Assembly: GCA_009103225.1 (NCBI GenBank)
Contig: RHPI01002069.1
Coordinates: 1,069,854 to 1,133,853, forward strand
Reading direction: 5' to 3'
Origin: Chlorokybus atmophyticus
Taxonomy: Eukaryota; Plantae; Mesostigma and Chlorokybus algae
DNA length: 64,000 nucleotides
A program made the translations under genes and the position numbers. Positions 27,013 to 40,014 of the stretch are shown piece after piece (position 1 is the stretch's first letter; every line of letters starts with the position of its first letter). A model generated the notes under the pieces. That model saw only the letters and a list, made by a program, of their open reading frames with translations, ran no database searches and was not told the origin of the DNA.

Positions 27013-28689
27013 ATGGCGTCTTTGTCGTCGTCACCTTCGACGTCGTCATCGTCCTCGCTGGACATCAGGGGCTGCGGCGAAGGAGCCGTCGAGCGTTCAG
27101 GTCTAGCTGCAGCTGGGGTCGTTGGCGCCAGCAACAGCCGCAGCAGCCACAGTAGCCAGGAGGAGATGGCTGGGGTGGGACCAGGGTCGCTGCGGGCAGA
27201 GGCGCAGGCAGAGGCAGAGGCAGAGGCATCACCTTCGTCGTCGTCATCGACGCAGGGGCAGACGACAGCAAGGCGACCAGTGCGGAGGTGCTGTATGGGG
27301 ACGCTGCTGTACACTCGGGCGATGCGCGACAGCGCAAGGCCGCCCATTTGCGTCGGCTACGACGTGCCTGTCGGCACGCAATACCGTAAGCCTGACCAGC
27401 TTAATGCTTGCATGACAAGGATTGAAAGTAACAGTACCTTATCATATGGGTACTGTTATTCGCAGTCCATGTCTGTAACACTACCCAATTGTATGGGTAC
27501 TGGTACTTTCAACCTGGCTGCCATCGATCGCACTGTTCCTTCATGTGTTAAGTCGCAGCTCGGAGTGCAAATCGAACTCGTTATACTTGATGCTCAATTG
27601 ATTCATTGTACTCAATGCGTGTAAGTCGCTTACAACAATTGCGCATGCCCCATGGCTACTGCGCAGTCACACCTTATTCAATGCAGCGCCGGGTTGCTGT
27701 TTGTCTCAAAAATTTGATGACATTGGAACGTAGGCGCACTGTACTTGCTTGGTAGTATTAAGGTAGCTCAAGCTGGCTCAGTTTGGTTCGAAGTGCCGTG
27801 CACAGTCAACAGCTTGTGGAGTCGTGAACACAGGATGGCATAATTGTGCAAGCGTTCACTTAAGTGATTTACTACTGGCAGCAAATTCGCTTCCCAACAC
27901 AAGGCATGCTGACAAAATGGAAAGCGCTGCGGATTTCAAATATGCCTGCATTGGAGCTTCACAGTACAGTCGGTGCTTGGATGGTGCCCCGCAGAAAGGA
28001 GATCTGCCTTTCTGCTACACTGGCGTGCAGGTTTGGTGCAAGTATTCGGTGTAACTTCAGTGGGAAAGTGCTGTGACCAAATGTGACTGGTAGTTATCGT
28101 GCACGCAGTACATCGCAGTCAGGCGTGCAGAGCAGGCACAGGGCGATCAGAGGCCAGGGCAAGCTCCGCCAGCGTTTGATCCATTCAAGACACACAAGAA
28201 TATGTATGCGGCATGGAAGAAATTACAGCAGAAGCCTCCTCCGTCGAAAGTTGACTCACCAAGCCCTGAAGGTAAGCCTGTGTCCATCAACACAGCTGCA
28301 CCGTTATCGCGGTAGTGTTGGCTGAGGTGTTGGTGTTCTTCTGCAGCCTCCAGCGAGGAGTTTGCAATGCCGCAACTGTCCGGCCTGCCCGCTTTTCTTC
28401 TGGGAGCAGACTTTCCCTTAAGGCAAGCGCAAACAACATGCTTGCTTAACGTTGCAGAGCACTGGCACCTTCATATCGCTTTGCGCGTCAACACGAGTGG
28501 AGTCCTTTGGTCAGCAATCAAGGGATTGGCGTTTGCAACTGCGTGGTGAGTTGCTCATACAAACTGTACTTGCACAGATTCGCTCACTTTTCGGGTGTAT
28601 TATGGTCCAAAATGGAAGACAATGCTGCTGTGATCGCTAGGGCATTGGGCTTTTCTCCAAGGGGTCCTGGCCGGGGAACAAATCAATGA
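27013..28689 (+). CDS. Conserved green-lineage unknown protein with Cys motifs (resembles the Arabidopsis At3g51100-type family)
   Basis: RCCMGTLLYTRAMRDSARPPICVG, ADFKYACIGASQYS and LPFCYTGVQ resemble the remembered plant pattern SCKGxLYYS...PxCVG...DFKYACxGYS...LPFCxGLEV. The 3' exons and the start are less certain. Confidence 0.6.
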
Positions 28690-30270
28690 CTGTGGTCACA
28701 TTGACCATAGTGTAGATTGTGTACGTCGTCCATTGTATCGTGTACCACTTCCCGCTTTGCATGTCGTTTATATTGCCTCTTGAGCAATTATTAGCCACTT
28801 GCTAGTAGCATAATGGCTAGCGCTCAGTGTCTCCTTGTTGGCATGATGCACGCAGCATTCTTTTCCCATGCTCAGACGCATGAATGTGAATAGACAGCCT
28901 TGAGATCTAGTTATGACGGGTACTAATAGGTGCAATTACATCATGTGCATGCAGTTGTTGTTGATTTGAGTCACGGTGTTTTCGCGCTGCGTGGTTGCCA
29001 TTGCTACTGCAAATGCCTTGCTATAAAGCCTCCATAGAGGCCAAACTTAAGTTGGGATTGTTTCTAGTGTACAATAAATAGAGAGAGTTTTTCCAACCAA
29101 TGCATGAGACGGCAATTGCAAGGCCGCTGTAGTTGCGCTGCTGGTGGCGCAATAGACATTGACGATGTGGTGGGGGCGGAGGGTAGGGGCCTAGCAGCAC
29201 AGCATGGTGCCGCTCCCACTTTGCTTGTGCCAACCCCAGCTTAACTTGCTGCCCATTATCCTCAGGTGCGTTCATTGGTTTGTTGGTTTCGCCATTCCGG
29301 CATGCTGCCATCAGCCTACCCCACTGCCATTGCATTGCACAGGACATAGCACGCGCAAAGAAGCGACTTTGTGGCCCAGGGTGTAAGCTTGATTGCCTCA
29401 GTTTGTTGTGCCTGATGTGCTTGCCCGGCCATGCAATCTGCTTGTGTGCGCATGTTCATGCATGTCTGAAGTTGGAATTCCATTCTATGCAACGGATTTA
29501 CTGTTTAAGTGGTAAGATCGTTGCCGTTGTGTTGCTGCGTACACGACGCGACAGACGTGAACGATGTGGCGAGGGCGGGGCAAGAGACTTAGGAACAGCA
29601 CCGCGCGGCACCACTCCCATCTTGCTTGTCTCGCCAATGCCACATCCAAGCGTAACTGGCTGCCTTGTAGGCTATCCCAATGTTGGTTGGTTAAGTTCTT
29701 GCTGCATGCTGCCAACCGCCTACCCAATGGCATTGCATTACACAGCACATGTCGGCAGCTACGGTAGCGACGTGACCTTATGTGTAACATTACTGCCTCG
29801 GAATGTTATGCCTGCTCTGCTTGCGCTGCTATGCATTTGCCCGTGCACGCATTTGTGCACAACGTTTTTGATCTATACTCTACAAGGCAATGGTAATAAT
29901 GTTAATGTGATTCCCTACTACCGTAGTACCCAGAACTTTACATATGTTTGAGATTAAACATATGTGTACTATTTTTCGCTTTGTATGACGGCACAGCCTG
30001 CTTCGACAATTTCGTCAAGCGTGCGACTTTTTGCAGATTCTGGGCATCACTCAATGCATTGAGTGACCGAGTGGTGCCGCGTCTTATTTCTGCAGCAGTA
30101 CGTTAAACTGCTACTATTCCCTAATACAAATAGCGTCTAACAGCACTTTCCAATCACTATAACGTAAAGTTCTGGTCATCACGATAATGATATTGATACA
30201 TAATTAACCTTGTGATGCATGTAGATTACATAATGTAATGTGTAAGATTGTTGTTGTAATTGTACCAGTA

Positions 30271-30850
30271 CCGTATTTACCCCGTCACAGTGCCCCCCTT
30301 TTTATACAGTCCCCCTCAATTTTGCCGGGGGGGGGACTTTACTCGGGGGAGGACTCTATATACCACCGGGGGGCTTTATTGTGTAGCAGACGTCACCGAC
30401 TTCGTCACACTTCATTGACGAGTTACGCTTAGGTGGCGTAACTCGTCACGCTTTCAACAATTAGTCGACGCTTTGCGGTCGAATAATCGTACTAGTCGGC
30501 CGTTAGGCCAAGACCTGGTCGACGGACAGGGTTTGCGGCAGCCGACGGTGCGGCTGGGCGGCGCCCAGTGGGCGCGGCCGTTCAATTTACGGTTGATGGC
30601 ATTGCACCGCCAGCCTGTAAACAGACGTTCATTCCACTTGTATTTTAGCCCCTTGACATGCGTCTTTATGGTTTTTGCATGCTTTTTATCAATTTACCAT
30701 GATGCAACCAGCTAGCATGATAGATTTGCACGTGTATAGTGCTGATAACACATCAAGGGAGGGGGGACTCTAATGTACAAATACAGTTCGCCCCACGAAT
30801 TTGCCAAGGGGGACTGTATTTGGAGGGGGACTCTGACAGGGTAAATACGG
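30271..30850. mobile_element. MITE, Tc1/mariner (Tc2/pogo-like) type
   Basis: TA|CCGTATTTACCCCGTCACAGTGCCCC ... GGGGACTCTGACAGGGTAAATACGG|TA: imperfect terminal inverted repeats, TA target duplication, and no ORF. Confidence 0.8.
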
Positions 30851-32269
30851 TAGTACAGTCGTAGGTGTTCACGGGTCCTACTGCAGGACCGTGCCAAATC
30901 CCGTTCCCCAATGGTCTAGTTTTTGTCCTACCATTTGCTCATATGCTCAGGAATCCACCGTTCAATTACGAGCCGCGACTCGCCTGCGAACGAGTGGACA
31001 ATAACACCGTGCTGCACGGTTAACACACTGTTAAGCTCACGCACGCTGCACGCTCGTTTGTGACAATGTTTGAAGCAAGTCCCTCAAGCAAGGGACAGCC
31101 TGAAAAAAGCGGCTGGTCTGACACATTGGTACGAGCCAGGCGGCCTTGACGACCCACGCAAGGAGCGAGAGTCATCCTATCAGATGAGGCGGCTTGCAGC
31201 AAGCCGCGTCACTCCACAATGTTTATGCATGCAATGCAAGCCGCAGCAAGCAATAGGCGTTCCTTGCAAGTCGCGAGTGTCATGGGCATGACTCATGCTG
31301 CATGCATGAGTCATGCATGAGCCCAAAAAAGATCCGTCCCCTTCGCTCTGTTCGTCGGATTTGGCCGCCTCATTCGCTCGTGAACACTTTGAAGCGGCTC
31401 GCATCAATTGATGAGCAAGATATCCCCCCCCCGAAGCTACGGCAGCGCGCGGTGGTGCCGTATGATTTCAGCCAATCCGGAGTACGCACTAGACCTCTGA
31501 CAGCGTCTCCTGGTCGCAATTGCTCCTCAGAGGGACCCCTTCGCGCCAGAGAGAGATGCGCTCCCCCAGTTAGTTTCTATGTCCTCCCAACAACGTACGT
31601 GAGCTAAATACCACTGGCACAGTACCAGACTGCCTAGGGTGCAGTAAGCGCGGCGCCCAACGCGCCTCATGAGGTGAAGGTGAGGCTGACGTAGGGAGCC
31701 ATAGATACTGTCTAGCACGGTACATCGTGTACCGTGCCACACTGTACTTTTAGCTAAGCCGACGCATCGCAAGATTCTTTCGGGCCGTATGCGTCCTACG
31801 GACAAGTCGTGTGTCACAAAAGATGCATATTCCTCAGAGTCATACATTCGGGCGGGCAGGTTGCTGCCCAGGACAGCACGCAATTTCGACCGTTAACACC
31901 CGCCTCCTTTGGCGCATCCAGCGGCTACCAGGTGCGTAACGCGTTGCCGCCGTTTGGAGTTAGGCTTTATCTGTCGCAGAGAACCAAACTGTGCAATTGA
32001 TCAGGAGTTCAGGGGAGAGGGCTGGTATCTTTACCATCAACCGCGGCTTACACTGCCTGCACCACGGCGTTTCGTTGTTGGCAGGAGCGTTGTGGGCGGC
32101 GGTGGCGGTGGCCGTGGCGGTGACGGCGTGTGCAGGGTGTTGCCTTAGTATTGCTCGGTGTCGAGGAGCGATAGCCATTCGGTAGCTGCTGCTTGGTCGT
32201 CTGCTGCATAGTCACATCCAGCTTGCTTGGGTTGTTGTTGCTGGCGCTGTGGTGGTAGGCGGCCGCCCC

Positions 32270-34746
32270 ATGTCCAGGTCGGGAGACTCCACCTGTGCGC
32301 TGGCGTCACCTGCGCCCAGCTCCACACCCGGCTCCGCCGGTCTGACCAGAACGGCCAGCGGAAGGCTGAGACGCAAGAGCGGCAGCCTGCAAGGCACCAT
32401 TGATCTAGCCAGGTCAGCATGTCTGACTGGTTGGCCAACTGTTCAGTTGTAAGTTTATACATACTGCGTTGTAAGTTCATGAATACTGTGTTCGTCCCCA
32501 GCAAGCTGGTTTGGTCATACCTCAAGTCGAGTGGCAAGTGGTTGTTAACGTAGCCGATGCCTCGTGACGCCTCATTGTCGTGCATACAGGTGGCGGTCAC
32601 CTGTGCTTGTTTTGCAGATGTTCGTGAACGCTTGCATGGAACAATGCATCACTGGCACATAACGCCAGCACAATGGTGGCATTGCTGATGTCTGTTATTG
32701 TGGTGCTTCAAGTTGCACGCTGGTTCACCAGCTTTCTCATCTAACTGCAGTAACTCAGTAAGCAGTTTGTGCTTGCATGCGTGCAAGCACGTTTGGACTG
32801 GTTACCTCGTTACAACCTTTGCATGCGCTCATGGCACACCATTCTGCAGGTTGGTCAACGACTTGCGGAAGCGTCTTGACGATGCCGGTGTGCTGAAACC
32901 CGAACACGACGACGCAATTCTCAAACGCTTCCTTGCCGCGCGCTCCTTTGATTTGGACAAGGCGGAAGTCATGTTTGTCAACATGGTCAACAGGCGCAAG
33001 GAGTTTGGCACGGACACCATCCTGCAAGTGAGGGCATGCATGTGATGGGTATTGCACAGTGTCCAGCATGTTGTCAGTAGTCGGCATGACCTGTGCGCGC
33101 CCATGCGTTGTCGAGATACAACGCGCTTGCACGTGTGGCTCAACAGCTCGTATCTATGCTAGAGAGCCGGCTTGCAGAATCTTCTGCCATGTACACATGT
33201 GTGCCAGCGTGGGTTACATCTTACTCAATCGTCAATTTCTTGATGTTGTGCATTGCGTGGTAGCTTGCTGCTCACCTGGACTCGCGGTCTGCAGGCTCGA
33301 AGGACTTCCCAATCATCAAAGTCAGTCACATTAGAGGAGCTGCAGCTTCACTTCCACCTTCCCATCAATGAAGTGGCAAGAAAGGTGTGCTGCAGCTTTG
33401 TAGTTGCACGTGTGTCAACGCTTCCTCCTTTGTTAGCAGCTCGCGCATGGCATTGCTGCAGCTGATATGCAATGCGCTTGTGCCTGCAGCTGGGGTTATG
33501 TGTGACTGTGCTCAAGCAACGGTGCCGCGACAACGGAATTGAGCGATGGCCTTATCGCAAGGTCTGTTTGACTGGCATTGACTGCACGCTATGGACTTTG
33601 GTTCAGGACGGCCTGTGCGCAGTTGTCGGGAGCTGACACACAGTTGCCTTCCGCAGGTTCGCAAGCTAGACAAGTTAATAACTGAGCTACAGACCTCACA
33701 TGAGGTGCCTGGCATGGGCAAGTCGCCGGAAGATGTAAGTGCTACCGCGCTTCTGCATTGCTGAATGACAAACCATGCAGTCACACTCCCATAGGCTTTG
33801 CGCCGTGTGCTAATCATGACCACTGGCGCGCGCAGGCCAAGATGAAACTTGACACAGTCAGGGAAACTCGCAATTTCCTTCTCTCAAACCCTAACTCAAC
33901 AGGTACCGTGTCCTGAGCATTGGTTTGGCATCGGTCCTCTGTTGTGCACTACTCACGTATGGTCTTTTGCAGCACATCTGAAGCTAGGCAAAGTGAAGTC
34001 GCCCAGCTCTCGCAGTGTAAAAAGCACATCAAGTCAACCTGACCACCAGTCCAGCCACTCCGGATGCAGCACTCCCACCTCTGGTGTGGAGGACGGGAAC
34101 TTTGCACTTAGTGCGCACAGCCCCGATGAGACTTCCAAAGTGTTTCCTGCCACTCCTCGGCCCATGTATGCTGGCATTAGCAACGCCACCAGGTAGGGGT
34201 CCTTGCTGGTGCTTGAATTGTTGACTTGACGACCAAACTTATGCAAGCAAGACAGGCGTGCTGACTTGGCTTGTCTCTATGTGGTGTAGCGAGCAGGCAA
34301 TAAAGGCGCTTGGCACTCTGCCTGTGCCTTCTCCAACACGGTTCAGCACAAGTGGCCCCCTCTCTGCATTTCGCCCTCCCCACCAAGCCAACACCCTGCA
34401 ATCAGCCATCACCCTACGCACGCCTCCGTGCAGCGCGTCCCCAGCTGTTGTTCCTATGGAATGGAAGGCAGAGCCAGAGTATATTGAGGAACTGCCTGCC
34501 GTTGCGTCGTTGCCGGCCCCTATGCCGCCAATGCCCTTTTTCGTTCCAGCCATGATGCCGCAACATTGGCTGGCTGCGTTCGGTCCCATGGCTATGCAGA
34601 CCATGCCAGGGCTGGCTCATCACATGGCTGCTATGGCACACAGCATGTCAGTGATGAGTCAGTACCAGGGCATGTTTGCTGCACCGTACAGTCCCCACAC
34701 AGATGTAGCCTTTCACCATCTGCACGGGCATGCCCAGCAGCAGTAG
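32270..34746 (+). CDS. RWP-RK transcription factor, predicted to carry SEC14-derived N-terminal exons (CRAL-TRIO N domain)
   Basis: RWP-RK exons VTLEELQLHFHLPINEVARK (33295-33384), LGLCVTVLKQRCRDNGIERWPYRK (33490-33561) and VRKLDKLI, followed by a Ser/Pro/Met-rich tail to 34746. Upstream exons 32270-32412 and 32850-33027 are phase-compatible copies of SEC14 exons 1 and 2. The RWP-RK domain is secure; the fusion is inferred. Confidence 0.75.
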
Positions 34747-34872
34747 CGGAGAGTGCATGAGTAGGCAACTTGGTGATGATGGGTTGCGCGCAAGATCGCA
34801 TGTCATTCACGGGCGTAGCTGGAGGAGCTGAACTGATGCTTGTGAGGTGCGGGGGATGGATGCGGTTCTGCA

Positions 34873-35151
34873 GGCCCTGGCCTTAAGGTGCTGGCGCGTT
34901 TGCCACCTGGACATATGACACTGCAAGGCGCTCACAAGCGGTGGGCTCGCTCAGACCTCTTGAGGCGGCGTCTTGCAATTCGCTGCGTTCTGCTCTGTGC
35001 GTGCGGGGTGGACGACCCCGCCCTTGCGGCCGTCGAGGAGAATGGCAAGCAACTGAAAGCCCTGGACCTGAGCTTCTACTACCGCCAAGAGCTCTCCCCA
35101 AACAACGCGGGGCTTTGGGACCTCGCCTACAGCTGCAGGCCCGGCCTCTAG
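34873..35151 (+). pseudogene. Isolated LRR (F-box/RNI-like) fragment
   Basis: GVDDPALAAVEENGKQLKALDLS...NNAGLWDLAYSC resembles FBXL/SKP2-type cysteine-containing LRRs. No flanking exons were found. Confidence 0.35.
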
Positions 35152-36299
35152 ACTCTGAGACTGTTCAACTTTGCGCCTAGGCAGCCTCAGTCGCTAAACT
35201 CATCATGGATGCGGCATCCACGACGTCATGTACACTGATATATTTTCGGCGGCCACGCTCTCGCTGCCGCCGTTGTGCGCTACGTATGCTTCCTCAAGAA
35301 GGTTGTTGTCATCATGGCGGACACACCGGTCACTGCAGCGGGCGTGCAGGAGGCCGCGCTCTTTGCGGACAGGCAGATCATGAGTGCAAGAGAAAGAGTT
35401 GGCAAGAGACGTGTAGAGTTGTAAATATGTAGATATGTAGACACTCCGCCGCCAATTCTCCCTTCGTCCAACTCCCACGAGCTACCTTGATTTTTGGTTA
35501 ACGGTCTCTGGGTTTTACCATACTCCTTGTCCTTGTCCTGAACAAGCAGCTCCTGACCTTCATTTGGTACTCTTATGCTGTTATGGTTACCATGACTGTG
35601 GCAATGAATTGGCACAGATGTGTGGTGGTTGCCCGTGGACTTGCTGCTAGGCTGTTCATGCTGTTCAGCTCTGCACATACAACAGCTGGTCTTCGACAGT
35701 GACTTGCAAGGACATGGTCACATTAATGTTTAGAAAAGATCATAACAAGTTTTGGCAGTGCGTATGCAGAACTTGACCCGTGGCAGTGCACATGCTCGAG
35801 ACCATGCACGCAAAGCGGTTGATTTGTAGTTCATGCACAGTACATGACGACTTTTGTAGCCGTGTGCCTGTGCATGCACAATACAGGCACTTCAATCATC
35901 TGGCTAGAGGCCACAGCCTGGTGCAGCCTGGTGCAGCCTACGTCAGGACACTAGAGGCAGGTGCACTCACCTTCATCCTGTAGCTGTTGCTGCTAGCAAT
36001 GCGCACAGTTATGTCATATATCCATCTACTACTGCCGCCTCATTTGGCAGCTGAGCCTGACACATCCGCCCCACTTGCACAATTGGTGTCCAACGCTAAC
36101 ACCACACGATGTTACATTGACGCATTATGCAAGAATTACATTAAAAGAGTCACAGGCCGAAGCGCCGTGCAGTTGTTACATTATCGCGCAGCAACCACAG
36201 CTTCGCTGCTTGTGTGGCGCAGTATGCTTACCCTGCAATCATCAAAACACTAGTTAGCTACATGCAACTGCCTCAGGCATGCAGCGACAAAAGCCGTAC

Positions 36300-39200
36300 A
36301 AACCTGCAGGTCTATGAGCTGCTGTTCATGTTGGGCAACTGTTTTTCTGTATTCCTGCGCAAAACCAGCCACATGAGACAAGTTGCGCAAGTGCTGGCAG
36401 GCAGGTGCTGTGTGAACTGCATGCGCACCTCCAGCTTGGCTTCGCACACACTCAGCCGTTTCTGAACATCGTCAACCTGCAGTTGCAGCTGGTACTGTCC
36501 TACGTTTGATGCTTGCCGGCCTGCTTGGAAAGGAACTGAGGGGGTGAACTCGCCGCTAGGCGTGCCAAACTCTGGTGTCCTGTTTGAAAACTGATGTTAC
36601 TGCATGGTGGTAAGCGGTTAAGGTGTGTGCTACGCAGACATGTGGATCGCTAAGGCTGTGCTGTATCTGTATGCTCACTGTGGTTGATTGGCAACCGAAG
36701 ACACAGTTGTGGTACAGATAACAAACCAGTAAAGTAAACGCAAGCCAGCGAGGCAATCTGTTCAAAACTACACCTATGTTCAAAACTGCTGAAAACGTTT
36801 CAAGCAGCACATGGTACTCATAACTCACGGAGCAGCAGCAGCAGCAGCACAACCAGTAATTGGAGCAACACACATGCGTGCCCTTACCCTGGGCGACTCT
36901 GTGACACTGGCGCTGATGATGAAGCATCCCCTGCCATTTGCTGCAAATACACTACGGCTTAGCACCTTCACTAGCGCTGCCAACTGAGTCACAAAGTAAA
37001 ACATGCAATGAAGGCGTCACACACAACCGCAGCGATGCCCTTACGCAATTGTTGGCCTTGCATGAGCAACCTCCATGAACAAGCATGTTGGACGTGACTG
37101 CTGTCATATCGACAATTGAATGCGGAGTTGGGTCAACAACACTCGCAGCTTCACTTACTGAGAGGCCATCCCGCGAAGGAACCCGCAAAGGTTGTAACCG
37201 CAGACTCTTCCTTGCTGCAAACATCGTGTCCGCTTCCAGGGCAGACTTTTGTTCTGGTGACATTGGTGTCGCAGGCTCGTTGGCAGCTGGAGCAGGGAAC
37301 TCCGACTGTCCACTTGCTTGCGTGTCAGGAGCCCGCTGAGCTTCGCCATTTACATCGGGTTGCTGTTGCTGCTCAGCGGCAGGTTGTTCGTCTGACTTGC
37401 GCTGCATAGTCACTGGCATGAATGTTGGTTCAAGCTGAGCAATGCATAGGAAACTTGGCCTCAAGTACATATGAAACGGATGGAGCTGATGTGCATTTAC
37501 ACAGAAAGTGAAGGGAGATAATGATGCAGCGATGGTCATACCTCCCATGGCTTAGGGAAATCACGCCATGGTCCTGGCTCGCAAGCCAAACAATCACCCC
37601 CAGGACAAACACAGGTGCCACCCAAGAACTGTGGCAAGGCACTGCCAGCACAGATCACGCATAAGCATCCTTCAGAGGCTTCGTACAAAGTGCAGCTGGG
37701 CAAAGTTGCAACTCGCACAAAAAATAACTTCATCACATTGTACCCACCTTTCATCAACATACTCCAGGAGCGCCTTCTTGTAATCTTTGCCATGCACCTC
37801 GATCTTTGAGGCTGTCTTCGGGTCTATCCATGGCTTGACGATGGACCAAACTTGCTTGAAAGTCCATGGGACGTTGATGATGAACATCTTGAACAGCGTC
37901 TGATACAGGGATGCCCGTTAGCGCAGATGCGCTCAGTATGCTGATATGAGCAACAACTTCTGCCAGCAAACACACTACCTCCGGGTAGTAATCAGCATCA
38001 ACTTGCAAGATATACTTCAAAAACTTGCTGCCCTCCTTGTAGAACTTCAAGATGCCCTGCCGAGCAGATGCATGTGTAAGTGAGACAAGCTTACTTGTAC
38101 AAGGCAAAGTCCAAGGGCTGCAGGATGCGAGGAATGTACAGAAGAAGACCTGATTGCCTTCAAAATCTAGAACAGTGAAGGACTTGTCAATGTTGTGCCC
38201 TACAGCCTGACTGGCAGCAGGCCACTTCCATTGGAGCAGCTTCTCCCACTCATATACATGATTTCGCAGCATACGTTCCATGTTTGTGACCTGCACACCA
38301 AGACATGTCATCACTGCTTGGGCGCTTGGACGATATGTTCAGTATGCGTACACACAGTGCAGTGAGTATGAAAACAGGCGCACAAGCACCTCCATAAGCT
38401 GCTTGACTTTGAGTTGACCAAGCTTTTCAATGTACACCGGATGACCCCACTTGTCCGTGTTATGATGACCATGAGGGTACAACTCCATCACCTTCTTCAT
38501 CTCTGGAAAATCAAAATCCTGCACAGCCACACATCCACAAATCATCACCCTCTAACTCTGTTTCAGCGGACTTGCCAATGCTTCAGCGAACGAGCACGCA
38601 TACGTCAGGTTCATTACATGCAACACGCTGACCACTGTACAAGGTGCATGCGCTTGAGAACAACGCGAAGACAGTGCATGCATGTACTCACATGCAGGAT
38701 AGTATCCGTGCCGAACTCCTTGCGCCAGTTGACCATGTTGACAAACATGACTTCTGCCTTGTCCAAGTCAAAGGCGCGCGCGGCAAGGAAGCGTTTGAGA
38801 AGCGAGTCATCGTGTTCAGGTTTCAGTACGCCGGCAGCTTCAAGCCGCTTGCGCAAATCGCCGACCAACCTGCAAGGTGGTAGGCCGTGTGTTGTGACGA
38901 ACCAAGCACTCAACCATTGAAGTGCTTGCATGCATGCACACGGTGACAACCAAAACACTCGCCACATTGGCACGTGACAGCTGGGATCCTAAACTGGTGG
39001 AGTCCGTGTGCAAACAGGGCTCCCCTTGCAACCATAAGATGACATGCAAGTCAGCAGTAAGAGCTATGAAAACATGCATCCGCCACCGTTTCAGCAGTTG
39101 TGCGCAATAAGTACAAGACCCACTAATAACGCACCGGCTACCGCATGATACAATGCAATCTGACCTACAATCAACCCAGCGTGCTGTAATCCAAGTGTGC

Positions 39201-39428
39201 TGCAGTAACGAACTGGACAGTAACTGCACAGCCGGCATGACAAATGTGAGAAGTCGGTTTAACAATCGTCCAAATTGATACGGACCTTCCCAGATCCACT
39301 GAACCCTGAAGGCTGTTGCCGCTCCTGCGTCTTAGCCTTCCGCTGGCCGTTCTTATCAGGCCGGAGCTGGGCGTTGGGCTGGGCTCCGGGGTCGCCAGCC
39401 CACCAGCATAGTCTTCTAATCTGGACAT
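36300..39428 (-). CDS. SEC14: SEC14/CRAL-TRIO phosphatidylinositol transfer protein with coiled-coil C-terminal extension (3' end uncertain, may reach ~35200)
   Basis: DDSLLKRFLAARAFDLDKAEVMFVNMVNWRKEFGTDTI, YPHGHHNTDKWGHPVYIEKLG, HVYEWEK, DADYYPE, MFIINVPWTFKQVWSIVKPWIDPKTASKIEV, LPQFLGGTCVCPGGDCL...GPW. Confidence 0.9.
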
Positions 39429-40014
39429 GGGAGCGGCCGACTGGGCCTACCACCACCGCGCCAGCAATAGTCTAAGTAGCAAGCTGGATGTGACAGCACC
39501 GGACCAAGCAGCTGGCGAACAACTATCACTGCACGACTACAGGGACAGGCAACAACCTGCAAACAACGTCACCTCCACCGCCACTGCCACCGCCACCGCC
39601 GCCACCACCCACAGCCCTCCCGCAAACCTGCCAGCTACGACACTCCGTGCGCCAGACTAGACGCCCGCGTGCCCGCGGCGGCGGCGGCGGTGGGAACGGA
39701 GGAGGACTAGGAGCAGGTTGGGCTAAACGAGGCAGAAGCAGCACTGACGCTTACGCTTGCACACAGTGTTCTGCGGCCAGCTCTCTTTCCCGTTTGAAAC
39801 TCTGGGCCCGATATCAGTGCTGTGATCTGATCGATACGCGGGCCGCGTGAATTTCTCGTTGATGCGAGCTTTGCAAGTTGCAACTCGTCAACATAGAGTT
39901 GCTTGCCTGCTTGTGCTCTTATGCTTTGCATAGGGTAGAGTACCAGGGCCATTAGAGAACAAGCAGCACAGCACAGCACAAACTCCTCATTGAGGCAAGC
40001 TAGCACCAGCACAA

